Source of the DNA: Macrostomum lignano
Taxonomy: Eukaryota
DNA: 64,000 bases
Direction: 5' to 3'
Assembly (NCBI GenBank): GCA_002269645.1
Contig: NIVC01003643.1
Span: forward strand, 21,963-85,962
Shown: positions 35,600 through 62,697 of the stretch, piece after piece
Numbering within the stretch: position 1 is the first letter of the stretch
Layout of the letters: each line of letters opens with the position of its first letter
Notes under the pieces: model-generated
Databases searched by the model: none
What the model was told of the DNA's origin: nothing
Seen by the model: only the letters and a program-made list of their open reading frames with translations
Made by a program: the position numbers and the translations under genes

Positions 35600-37390
35600 C
35601 CGCCCGACTGCCGGTGTCTGACCTCCCATCTGACTGTCTGTCTGACCTCCTATCTGACTGCCTGTCTGACCTCCTATCTAACTGCCTGCCTGCCTGTCTG
35701 ACCTCCTATCTGACTGTCTGTCTGACCTCCTATCTGACTGCCTGTCTGACCTCTTATCTGACTGCCTGTCTGACCTCCTATCTGACTGCCTGTCTATCTG
35801 TCTGTCTGACCTTCTATCTGACTGCCTGACCTCCTATCTGACTGTCTGTCTGACCTCCTATCTGAATGTCTGTCTGACCTCCTATCTGACTGCCTGTCTA
35901 TCTGTCTGACCTCCTATCTGACTGCCTGTCTATCTGTCTGACCTCCTATCTGACTGTCTGACTGACCTCCTATCTGACTGCCTGTCTGACCTCCTATCTG
36001 ACTGCCTGTCTGCCTGTCTGACCTCCTATCTGACTGCCTGCCTGTCTGTCTGACCTCCTATCTGACTGCCTGCCTGCCTGTCTGACCTCCTATCTGACTG
36101 TCTGTTTGACCTCCTATCTGACTGCCTGTCTATCTGGCTGACCTCCTATCTGACTGTCTGTCTGACCTCTTATCTGACTGTCTGTCTGACCTCCTATCTG
36201 ACTGTCTGTCTGACCTCCTATCTGACTGTCTATCTGACCTCCTATCTGACTGCCTGTCTGACCTCCTATCTGACTGCCTATCTGTCTGACCTCGTATCTG
36301 ACTGTCTGTCTGACCTCCTATCTGACTGTCTGTCTGACCTCCTATCTGACTGTCTGTCTGACCTCTTATCTGACTGCCTGCCTGTCTGTCTGACCTCCTA
36401 TCTGACTGCCTGTCTATCTGTCTGACCTCCTATCTGACTGTCTGCCTGACCTCCTATCTGACTGTCTGTCTGACCTCCTATCTGACTGCCTGACCTCCTA
36501 TCTGACTGTCTGTCTGACCTCCTATCTGACTGTCTGTCTGACCTCTTATCTGACTGCCTGTCTATCTGTCTGACCTCCTATCTGACTGTCTGTCTGACCT
36601 CCTATCTGACTGTCTGTCTGACCTCCTATCTGACTGCCTGTCTGACCTCCTATCTGACTGCCTATCTGTCTGACCTCGTATCTGACTGTCTGTCTGACCT
36701 CTTATCTGAATGCCTGCCTGTCTGTCTGTCTGACCTCCTATCTGACTGCCTGTCTATCTGTCTGACCTCCTATCTGACTGCCTGTCTATCTGTCTGACCT
36801 CCTATCTGACTGCCTGCCTGTCTGTCTGTCTGACCTCCTATCTGACTGTCTGTCTGACCTCCTATCTGACTGCCTGTCTATCTGTCTGACCTCCCATCTG
36901 ACTGTCTGTCTGACCTCCCATCTGACTGTCTGTCTGACCTCCTATCTGACTGCCTGTCTATCTGTTTGACCTCCTATCTGACTGCCTGTCTATCTGTTTG
37001 ACCTCCTATCTGTCTGTCTGTCTATGTCTGACCTCCTATCTGTCTGTCTGTCTGACCTCCTATCTGACTGCCTGTCTATCTGTTTGACCTTCTATCTGAC
37101 TGTCTGTCTATCTGTTTGACCTCCTATCTGTCTGTCTGTCTATGTCTGACCTCCTATCTGACTGTCTGTCTGACCTCCTATCTGACTGTCTGTCTGACCT
37201 CCTATCTGACTGCCTGTCTATCTGTCTGACCTCCTATATGACTGCCTGTCTGATCTCCTATCTGACTGTCTGTCTGACCTCCTATCTGACTGTCTGTCTG
37301 ACCTCCTATCTGACTGCCTGTCTATCTGTCTGACCTCCTATATGACTGCCTGTCTATCTGTCTGACCTCCCATCTGACTGCCTGTCTGAT
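35600..37390. repeat. ~20-28-bp repeat (CTGACCTCCTATCTGACTG(T/C)CTGT) derived from a TCTG microsatellite
   Basis: Direct inspection. Confidence 0.92.
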
Positions 37391-37857
37391 TGACTGCCAG
37401 AGCACAGGGAAGGGAGTGACGCAGGTGGCTGCAACAGCCAATATAATTGAGCTGAAGCGAGAAGCACAGGCGGTATGCATCAAGGATCTCAGGGAAGAAG
37501 TGGCGCAACTGATGAATGAATGCTATTTGAAGTGTTGCCAAATGTTTATCGAATGGAATTCAAATGCTCATTTGCAAAGAAGCATGAGAACAGGCATTTA
37601 AATATGCTTTAATTTTATATTTGAATTTGTTTGACAAAATACACTACTTGTCCCACAGTAGAGCATGCGGCTTTTTGATTACATATAAAAATCATGTTTA
37701 CAATGCTTATCGTAGACGCAACTCCAATGCCTTTCCGGTTAGCATTAATATATTTGAATTGAATATTTGATTTTGTTTGGTGTTTTACAGCGGCTACTTT
37801 AGCATCAGGCGCGAAAATACCCTTATGACCCAAGGATACGACCAGGCATGACTGTCA

Positions 37858-39095
37858 AGGAAATCATGACCCATATGATCAACCAGGAAATCATGACCCA
37901 TATGACCAACCAGGAAATCATGACTCATATGACCAACCAGGAAATTATGACCCATATGACCAACCAGGAAATCATGACCCATATGATCAACCAGGAAATC
38001 ATGACCCATATGACCAACCAGGAAATCATGACCCATATGACCAACCAGGAAATCATGACCCATATGACCAACCCGGAAATCATGACCCATATGATCAACC
38101 AGGAAATCATGATCCATATGACCAACCAGGAAATCATGACTCATATGACCAACCAGGAAATCATGACCCATATGATCAACCAGGAAATCATGACCCATAT
38201 GACCAACCCGGAAATCATGACCCATATGACCAACCAGGAAATCATGACCCATATGACCAACCAGGAAATCATGACTCATATGACCAACCAGGAAATCATG
38301 ACCCATATGATCAACCAGGAAATCATGACCCATATGACCAACCAGGAAATCATGACCCATATGACCAACCAGGAAATCATGACCCATATGACCAACCAGG
38401 AAATCATGACTCATATGACCAACCAGGAAATCATGACCCATATGATCAACCAGGAAATCATGACCCATATGACCAACCAGGAAATCATGACCCATATGAC
38501 CAACCAGGAAATCATGACCCATATGACCAACCAGGAAATCATGACTCATATGACCAACCAGGAAATCATGACCCATATGATCAACCAGGAAATCATGACC
38601 CATATGACCAACCCGGAAATCATGACCCATATGACCAACCAGGAAATCATGACCCATATGACCAACCAGGAAATCATGACTCATATGACCAACCAGGAAA
38701 TCATGACCCATATGATCAACCAGGAAATCATGACCCATATGACCAACCAGGAAATCATGACCCATATGACCAACCAGGAAATCATGACCCATATGACCAA
38801 CCAGGAAATCATGACTCATATGACCAACCAGGAAATCATGACCCATATGATCAACCAGGAAATCATGACCCATATGACCAACCAGGAAATCATGACCCAT
38901 ATGACCAACCCGGAAATCATGACTCATATAATGAACCAGGAAATCATGACCCATATGACCAACCCGGAAATCATGACTCATATAATGAACCAGGAAATCA
39001 TGACCCATATGATGAACCAGGAAATCATAACCCATATGACCAGCCAGGAAATCATAACCCATATGACCAGCCAGGAAATCATGGCCCATATCAAT
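37858..39095. repeat. 27-bp minisatellite (ATGACCCATATGACCAACCAGGAAATC, ~46 copies)
   Basis: 9-aa periodicity (MTHMTNQEI) in the ORF track. Confidence 0.95.
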
Positions 39096-39243
39096 CCCTC
39101 AGGAAATGATAATTGATCATGAAGTGAGCAATGACCAATAGGGAACTATTATAGAAAAGCTGAATGTAAGAAAGCGAGAAATGTCACAATAATCGCATTT
39201 GAAAAATCAATGCAGATGCCGGGGTTGAAGGCGCGCCCGCGCT

Positions 39244-50076
<10,833 letters not shown>

Positions 50077-51227
50077 TTTTGACTTACGGTTTAGGCTTAA
50101 CTGAAAGCTGTGTTTAATTTTTGAGGCTCAATTCTTAGGAACAAGGTCAAGGACTGTGACTATATGGTTTCTCTTGTCACTTCAATGTTTTTTTCGACAA
50201 TTTGATGTCTGCCTCCCTCGTTCAACGACAATTTTGAGGACGGGGGTTTTGAATTTAAGTTAGACTGTGGTTTTTATAGTCTAACTTGATAAATAAATGT
50301 ATCCTTCCGAGCACAACATTTAGTTCTCCAAATTTAAACACAGACCGGTGTTTGCTGGTGGGGTTTTGGTTAACTAAGTTTGGCGATAAAGTTTTAAAGT
50401 TTAAACTTTGCGCAGAATAACTTATGGATTAAAACAAAGGCTGTGTTGATAATGGCTCTGTCTGCTGAGTTTTTCACGTTTAGATGAAGAGAGTAGCAGT
50501 GGCTGTAGCTGAGCGGTCCTAGTCGATTTCAAAACAGTAAATACTTCTCGAATTACATTTGCCTTGCTGAAAAATTGTATTCTAGCACAGAATTTTAGGA
50601 TTTCCATTAGTAAATCCTAGAGGTGTTACTATGAGTAGCCGCTACGACTACCACGGATTCACGGAGAAGAAAACTAAATATTCCTAGCTCGGGTAGTCGG
50701 TATTAGTGTATCTTCTTCGGTTGAAATTAGAGTCTTTATTCTTTCTTTCGGTGTACGAGTGAGTGAGATGCTCATTCGTGCTAAAACAAAATGTGAGCGG
50801 AAAGAGCGCGAAAACTCTAAAAAGTCTCTTGCCCAAAAGACGTGGCAGAGACGTGTCGTTGTTTGAAAAGGTCAATACCACAATTTAGCCACCTATCGAC
50901 TATACATATACGTGTATTTTGCATGTACATGTAATTATTGACGATTTTTTTTCCGTGAGACTGACTAATTAGAAAAGGCTGATTACAGGTTAGCCTCCCT
51001 CCCTCAAAATATTGAGCCTGCAACCGTAGTGACTGAGTGGTTGAATGCTTGCCTGGAACACTCAAAGCACTAACGAATTGCTGTTTCCTTCAGTCTGTTC
51101 TAATTTGTTGTTGACGTGCATGCAGATCTTGAGCCAAATTTACCAGTTTTAGGTCTTAACTCTTTCCCGGTCTTCTTGATATTACTATAAGTAGTCATCG
51201 TCTCGCGAAAAAGATGCATATATCTAT

Positions 51228-52117
51228 TGTAGTGACTGGCTGCTAACTGGTTATTCAGCAGCATTCACTAGCTTTCCCTGAGAGTGCTGTGATCCGCTGC
51301 ACAGTAGCTCAGTCCACCTGATCTAGTGAGAGAGTTACCCAGTGCTGGGCCTAAGTGTTTACTGCCCGATGACTCATCGCCTGAGCAGGCGCGGGCAGCC
51401 ACACTCAATGTCTTCCCACACGCGCTGAGGAGGCGTAGCAGGATGACTCATCACCTGCGCGGAGTGTAAGGGCTGCCTAGAGGGAGTAAACAGGATGACT
51501 CATCCGCCCAAGTTCTATTTTTAGCACAGAATAAGCACGTGACTGTGCACGCACGCGGTGCGTGGCCACTGACCTTGAGTACGCCACTGCTGCGTGACAG
51601 GCTTGCCTTATTTGGAAGTTGGCTCGCATGATTTTAGTGACCAAATAAGGAAGTTTCACGCGCTCACCGCATGAAACTCACGTGACTTTTGGGGGTCCGC
51701 TCGGCTATAAATACGGAGCATCTGCGAGCCATTTTTCTCCAGATCGCGTCGTCCTGTCTTGGGCTCGACCGGAGCTGCCTCTCTGCCTCCGAGCTCTCCT
51801 CTCTCATTTCAGGTTTTACAGGTTTTCAGGTTCGAGCAGCATTCTACTAAGACGATCGACTGTCGAGACATTTTTCAGATTTGCCTTTGCTCCGAGCGAC
51901 TTTGTTATTTTATTTCAGGTGACGGATAGACAACTCTGCCGACGCGTCGAGTCCGCACACCAAGGTGGCAGCAACCCTACCAAGTCACGACTAACGTTTT
52001 AGGTTCATTTTCAGGCAAATCGATAGGTAGTACTGCGGTGCTATCTAGCTTCTTCAGGAGCAGCGGGTTCTATTTTCTAGGAACACCTTCAAGAACCCGA
52101 GGAGTAGAAGTCTAACA
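51228..52117 (+). mobile_element. Probable solo LTR (890 bp; Ty3/gypsy-like 4-bp TSD)
   Basis: Starts TGTAGTGAC and ends CTAACA; flanked by CTAT (51224-51227 and 52118-52121); internal TATAAATA at 51706-51713 and clustered AP-1 and E-box motifs. No polyA signal was seen inside, and the 4-bp TSD could be chance. Confidence 0.6.
51370..51713 (+). promoter_or_regulatory. Three GATGACTCATC AP-1 (TRE) sites, two CACGTG E-boxes and a TATA box within the LTR
   Basis: TGACTCA at 51370, 51444 and 51496; CACGTG at ~51537 and 51679; TATAAATA at 51706. Confidence 0.65.
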
Positions 52118-52396
52118 CTATAATATTTTAGAGTAGTGCGTATGACGTTGTAGGCATAGCTTCTCCTATGCGACTGAGCCTTTGTTACGCTCGTATTTCT
52201 GAGCAAGACACAAGACAGATAGGTAAGAAAGTTAACAGATCGTAAGCAGAATAAAACCCCTTTTTGTATAGCACTTTAATCCAATCGAATTCCCGACAAG
52301 GATTACTAGGCCTTGATTCCCTATTGGCAATTTAAAACAAGCTTGAAGGCAATAAGGACCACTAGGAACACTTGGTTATCCCACACGGAGAAGATA

Positions 52397-52705
52397 GTGT
52401 CATTCTGCTTGACCGTGAGTGTTACTCATTAGTGCCATTCTGCTTGACCGTGAGTGTCACTCATTAGTGTCATTCTGCTTGACCGTGAGTGTTATTCATT
52501 AGTGTCATTCTGCTTGACCGTGAATGCTACTCATAAGTGTCATTCTGCTTGACCGTGAGTGTCACTCATTAGTGTCATTCTGCCTGACCGTGAGTGTTAT
52601 TCATTAGTTTCATTCTGCTTGACGGTGAATGCTACTCATTAGTGTCATTCTGCTTGACCGTGAGTGCCACTCATTAGTGTCATTCTGCTTGACCGTGAGT
52701 GTAAC
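52397..52705. repeat. 35-bp tandem repeat (~9 copies) with a TGAGTG-T-CACTCA hairpin
   Basis: Units start at 52397, 52432 and onward; no spacers. Confidence 0.9.
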
Positions 52706-53108
52706 TCAATCCATCCTCTTAATTCCACCAGTGACACCAAGGAACTGCTCCAGAAAAGACCAGAGGACCACTTGTCTTCGGGAAGTCAGAAAACCGCCAA
52801 ACAGCCAAGTCAGTTTTTTCTTTTTATATTTATTATTCAACAAATTAAGCCCAGTAAATTCTTGAAGATTAGAATTTGAACATAAAGAATATTAGCAAGT
52901 TTAAAGCAACAAAATGCTTATCAAACGATGAACTTCCTCCATACAATATCCTGTAAGTAGCGATTCTAAAAGCATAACGAGTACTTACAGTATGTTGCGA
53001 GTCGCTACAATCACTCCAACTTGCTTTTGTCATTCAAGTTGGTACACTGCTACTGTATGGTACTGGTATACTGAAAGTACATCAAGTGAGATAGTTCATC
53101 GGGTTGAA

Positions 53109-56715
<3,607 letters not shown>

Positions 56716-57799
56716 TTCTATTGTATTCACAAGCTTTCAGATTATCAAAGTAAGAAATGAACTGGAAAAAAACTTTCAGTTAGGACTTTGCAAAGTAAAA
56801 CCGCTTTTAATGTATAAAATAAAAGTCAAGTATCAACACGAGCAGCATGGGCTGTAGAGGAAGGTCTTGACCATAGACAAAACTTATTTGGGCGTTCACA
56901 GCGCGGGAGGGCATGAATCCTAGACTAGCCTGGGACTATTAATATTATTGTAGTTGTTTTTGGCTTTGGGTGAAAAATTGCCCAGTAGCTAAGTTTATTC
57001 AAGCCTATACAGTAAGTGAAGATAATAGACCTTATGCCTCAGAGTCATACTCCCTTGCTGTATAGAGTTAACTCACCACTCTCTGAAAATCCCTCTGTGA
57101 CTGCGATACGACGATATGACCTACCAATCATGACGATAGACCGTACATTATCAGACAAAATAACATGTCTCAGCGGTACCGCGTCTTTTTCACGCAAAAG
57201 CTGCTTGCCTCCTCGCCGACAGCAGATAGACTACCGCCTTGATCTTCAAGAAAGGAAAAGGCAATCTGCGATCTAACTAAAATACCTGTGATGGCATTAG
57301 AAACCTTTCTCGTTTACTCCAACCATCTACAGCTTTATCAACGCGCCAGGATTAACGATGAAGTTTTGTTTTGTTCCAGTTTCTGTTGTTTCTGAAGCTA
57401 AATTTCGCTATTGATGCTTGAAAAACGCTTTCACAGTCGATTAAAATTCACATGTGACTTGGGACTTTTTTAGCTTTGAAAACTGCCACGGGTAGTGCAA
57501 AGAAATTGTCATAATCATTCATCCGGACGGTTGTTTTGTTAACAATCGTTTGGTCATGCAAGAACTTGTATGACAAATGATTTTAGAAAGACAATAGAGC
57601 GTTTCACAGGTGAATGAATTGTCAAAAACGTAAGAAATTTGCTTGCACAATACAAATACTTTCTCTTCTTGTCTTCATGCTCTGTCGAATCAGTCGAGCG
57701 AGTCTTTTTAATCGACCACGATGACAATAAATACCGAAGCGGATCGAAAGTTTGCAGCGAAAATCTAACGAGTGTAGCAAGTCACCGCAGCCTCACGGA

Positions 57800-60700
57800 A
57801 TGGGTAAACGCAATGCTGTTGGCAGCATGAGTAAGTGCTGTTAAACTAGTCAATAGCCTTTCAATTGTGCTCCCATATCTTTATTGCATGTACCTGTGTA
57901 ACGCTACCTAATGCACGTCATGTAACATTTAGTACGTACTGACACAGAATAGAAACTTTATTATAAATTCACCACCAGGTGGCCCGAGCGACATTGTCCA
58001 GGTAGAAAATCAGCGACGCCAAAGCTTAGCCCTGAGCGAAATGGTGTCGGAGGCAAGCGAGGCCGCCAGCGACGCTAGCAGTGCCACCGGAGCCAAGGCG
58101 TCTCGCTCCTCCAGGCTCATTGAAGATTTTCTCGCTCGCGAAGAGCGCAGAGGAAGCTGGTACTACCGGCTGAGAATGATTGTCATTCTAGCTCTGCCGC
58201 TCACCCTGGCCATCGGATTTGCCGGCTCGGAGATCTACTTTGCTGCTCAATCTCTGATTCGCGGCATTAGCATTGACGAATACTTGAGCTCGAAGAATCA
58301 GCTCGATGGCCTCAGCTATGCCCTCATGCAGGAGGGGATTTTGACGACAGTTACTTCTGTCAGTCCAAACAACGTTAAATCCCGCTTTGAGCTGTCGGCT
58401 AGCCGTGAACTGGTTGATGTGGGGGCAGAGACTCATCTGCCAAACTGGGCTCAGCAACTGTTGGCGAATGCGTCCGGCACGTGGCGTCGCAATGGTTTCG
58501 TTCCTGAGCTGCCGGTTGCAAACGAGACCATCATTAGGACTAACGCTGATGCCTGGGCCAGAGATATCCATCGAATATTCAGCATCGGCTCAGATTTCTC
58601 ATACCGACTGGCCAGCCCATCAAATCTGTACGTGTCCGAGCGGGAAATGTGGGCCGGCATGCACGCTGACAGAGTTCTGGTGTTGTACGCTGACTACATC
58701 GCCATCACCGCGGGCTTGGGATACGCCTACTTCACGGAATGCGCGAGTCGCTGGCCTCACTGGGCCTGGTTCGTCCGCCTAACCGGAGGCATCGCCGACC
58801 TTCGAGTGAACAGCGGCCGAGCCCTTCCCAAGGCCAGCAAGTTTTTTGCCAAGGAGCTGAACACCAGCGCAGCCAACGGCAAGGCCGCACTGTGGCTAAG
58901 CATGTCAGATGAAATCGCGCGTCAGTCGCTTGACCGATGCGTCAACGCCACCGTGTTGGAGAGGCGCAACCTGGCTGAACTGTGGCTGTACCTCAGCCAA
59001 GACCACTGGGCGAATGTGCGAGAATATCATAATCAGCTAGACAACCTGCTGAACGGCAGAATTAAAGCGGCTAATCGCGACTCAACCTCCTACACAATTG
59101 GATTCGGATTCCTGGTGCTGGCCCTGATGCTCCTCTGCCTCGGAATCGGGTATTGGTACAGCCACAAGATTGCGGAGACCGTTGAGAGCATCATAGATCT
59201 AGCCAGGCTGATTGTGACCAAGAAAGCGGAAACAGCTGAGGAAAAGGTGATTTTCATAAATATAAATATAGCATTCAGGCAAGCAAGAGAAGTACTGTTG
59301 CAAGTAAAGCAGAGTTTAATCATCTTGCTCTTGAACTGTAGTAATGTACACATTTTGCTGTGATAGGGTAGCGAAACTCCAGTCTCAGCACTGTACAAGT
59401 TGTACTCAGCGCTCGAATGCGCCACGCAGTGGCTGTCCCTGATATATATATTATATATCTTTTGCAATTCCTTCGATTTACTTTTCTAGAGACGAGCTGA
59501 CGCAATCATCTACAACATTCTACCTGCCGAAGTGGTCTGGGATCTCAAGCGAGGCATTGTCCCAGAGGCCAGTCGCTTCGAGATGAGCACCGTCTTCTTT
59601 AGCGGGGTAGAAAATTTCGAAGATCTGGTGAAGAAAAGTCGACCTATTGAAGTATTTCAGATGTTGAACACCATTTACAGGTAGGTCTAAAAGAAGCTCA
59701 TTCCGACTGCAAGTTTGACAAGTTGTCCCGCAATCTGCAGTGCGTGAGCATGAATTTTAAACCTCACGAAAAAGACAGGCGCGTTGTACGGGCTGTCTCA
59801 AGCCTCAATTCCATCTCATCTCTCCTCGTTCCCCTGCCCATGCAGTGCCTTCGACAGCCGCATTGACAACTACGATGCGTACAAAGTCGAGACGATCTCC
59901 GACACCTACATGTTGGTCAGCGGTGCTCCCCGGCTGAACGGCAATCAGCACGCGCTGGAGGTGGCTCGGCTCAGTCTCGACCTGATGGCCACGTCGAAAA
60001 ATTTGGTATTGAGCCACCTGCCGGAGGAGCAAATCCATCTGCAGATTGGATTTCACTCGGGTAACGGGCTTCTCTGAGACACAACAGACTCTAGTGTGCA
60101 CAAAATGGCTTGGAAAATCCTACAGGCCATTAAATTGTGAATTTCAGGGCCATTAGTGACTGGCATGATTGGCAGCAAGAGTCCGCGATATTGTCTGTTC
60201 GGTGACACGGTGAACACGGCCTCGCGGATGAAGTCTCACGGTGAAGGTGAGTTGTTGCTAGACAATACTGGCGCAGAAGCAGCAGAGAAAGGTTAGCTAG
60301 GAAGCCCACAAAATTGAAATGGTTATTTTGATCTATTTACTCTTAGTGGATATCGGTTTGAATTGATAGTTCGCTGCCACCATATTCTTAACATTCAACT
60401 TTCCCTAGTAGTTCTCTGCAGGCTTGAATTCCGAGGCCTGACTCCTCCTTGCAACCTATAATATACCTCATTTCTAAGCTTATTCTTACCTTCAATTTTC
60501 TAGGCTAGCTTTGGAAAGGAAGCTTAACCTGTGTAAGAAAATGAGTAAACTATGAATAAACCTGCTCTTGACTTAGAAAATTCCGCAGAGCCCTAACTAG
60601 ACTAACTACAGACGTTTCCGGATCGGAAACTACTAACAGTAGTGTAAAAGCAAATTGCATTATGCGCTAAACTATGCCCTACAATAAAAAAACAAATTTC

Positions 60701-60938
60701 AGCTTTCCGCATCCACATGAGCGAGCCGTCGGCCCTGCTACTTGAGGAATGCGGGGGCTTTAAAATCAAAGCTCGAGGCGAGATCGAAGTGAAGGTAACG
60801 GTGAAAATCCTTTGCTTCTTGCCTCCCTGTTCTTGCGAAAGAAACTCAACTGAAAACTTTCAGGGCAAAGGGCCAATGCGGACCTACTGGCTGATTGGCG
60901 AGGCGTCCCACAGCAAAACTGCCCGGTTTGAAGACTGA
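57800..60938 (+). CDS. NIT-domain receptor-type guanylyl cyclase (NIT-GC-like: TM, NIT-like domain, TM, coiled coil, class III cyclase); exons 57800-57830, 57979-59246, 59490-59680, 59846-60060, 60148-60246, 60703-60794, 60864-60938; ~656 aa
   Basis: Two TM segments ([16 protein letters not shown]; [21 protein letters not shown]) flank a ~290-aa helical region resembling NIT (LSYALMQE...SRELVD...LPNW). Cyclase motifs: [32 protein letters not shown]|[20 protein letters not shown]|[10 protein letters not shown]. All junction phases are consistent. The NIT call comes from pattern recognition only; the cyclase call is firm. Confidence 0.85.
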
Positions 60939-61635
60939 CGGCTTGAGAAGCGATATTTACTAGCACTGCTCTGATAGCGTAGAGTTAGTAAAAGTTATAA
61001 TAGCGCTTGTGCACTTTAACTGCAGGACAATCACCTACTTAGCACAGAAAAGTAGAACTGCACAAACTCAATGGATCTGCTAAAATCGACGCACCGCTTT
61101 TGTGCAATGGCACACAGCTTGATTAATTGGATTAAACTATAACGCAGGTACGGACTTACAAACTTGGCAAAATATAGTGCATGCAAGATGAAACTGGAAC
61201 AAATGTAGAAGCTAACGTGTAGAAGAGGAACTGTGTACTTTACTCATTAGAAATCAGGTGCGCCTGAGCTGCTCAGCTTTCATTTATTGCACCGTAACGA
61301 ATGAGGGTAGCATTTGAAGCTTTGTTAGCCGCGTGCAAAACATTTCGGTTGCAGTAATTAACGAATAGAAGACAGCAGCTTAGTGCATGACGACGAACCG
61401 TTTCTGAACTTTCTTTGACGCAAACTGGTCACTGCGCGATGCAGTGAATACGAAAACATATTTGTCTAGCACTCCGTCCGGATGTTTAAGCAGTCCTTGG
61501 CATGAATGCAACTGATTTATCTTTGATAAAAGTAGTATATTAAGGACATTAGCCAGTGTTGCAAAATAGCTTAATTTAGAATAACTCGCAAATGCTGTAT
61601 CCAACGCAAAATTATCGGCCCTGTTGAAATTTGAG

Positions 61636-61679
61636 ACGGACAGACAGACACTAAGACAGACAGATAGACAGACAGACAC

Positions 61680-61742
<63 letters not shown>

Positions 61743-61935
61743 TACAGACAGACAGACATACAGACAGACAGACAGACAGACAGACATACAGACAGACATA
61801 CAGACAGACATACAGACAGACATACAGACAGACATACAGACATACAGACAGACAGACACTAAGACAGACAGACACTAAGACACTAAGACAGACAGACAGA
61901 CAGACACTAAGACAGACAGACAGACAGACAGACAT

Positions 61936-61998
<63 letters not shown>

Positions 61999-62134
61999 TA
62001 CAGACAGACAGACAGACAGACAGACAGAAACTAGACAGACAGACAGACACTAAGACACTAAGACAGACAGACACTAAGACACTAAGACAGACAGACAGAC
62101 AGACACTAAGACAGACAGACAAACAGACAGACAT

Positions 62135-62165
<31 letters not shown>

Positions 62166-62168
62166 GGC

Positions 62169-62209
<41 letters not shown>

Positions 62210-62218
62210 CTAAGACGG
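61636..62218. repeat. (AGAC)n microsatellite with ACTAAG and ACAT variants
   Basis: Direct inspection. Confidence 0.95.
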
Positions 62219-62697
62219 ACCAGAAGGTCAGGATGCTTCATTAAATTAAATCCAGTTTTACTCCCTATTGTGCCTAGGGAAAAATATCCCCAAAGCAGGC
62301 AGCTGAGAATTTATTAATCCCAAACTCCAAAGTGCCCTGATATTGCCCAGCTTGCTGTCCGAGCAGATTTACTTTGATACGCCTTAAAGCTCAGCGTCTC
62401 TACTCAACTTGATTTGCTGGCTCACCGAATAGAGCTCTCACAGCGCCTACACAGCAACGGAAACTCTTCAAGGCGCCCAAAAAGTTTGCGGATTACTCTT
62501 TCAGTGGATTGATTGATCGGCGTGGGATGAATTTCTGATTGGATGTTGGATTCCTTGATAAAAATTTTGAGCGGAGGAAAATGTTTTGATAAAGAATAAA
62601 TTTGATTGGTCGCAAGATTCCTTTAAAAGATTTCAAACAAATATTGGCTGAAATTTGTTCCCGAAGTCATTCGGTGAGTCCTTGGCTTGCCGTGGCC

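Noticed and set aside
37416-37601. Tc1/mariner transposase C-terminal fragment
   Set aside because: Only a vague resemblance (ELK...), with no DDE motif, TIR or TA TSD.
37794-39116. His/Met-rich 420-430-aa ORFs on both strands
   Set aside because: Read-through of the 27-bp array, with no codon or flank evidence of a gene.
52360-52385. TGGTTATCCC as an LTR primer-binding site
   Set aside because: It is ~250 bp beyond the TSD-defined LTR end, matches no tRNA 3' end I can identify, and no gag/pol sequence follows.
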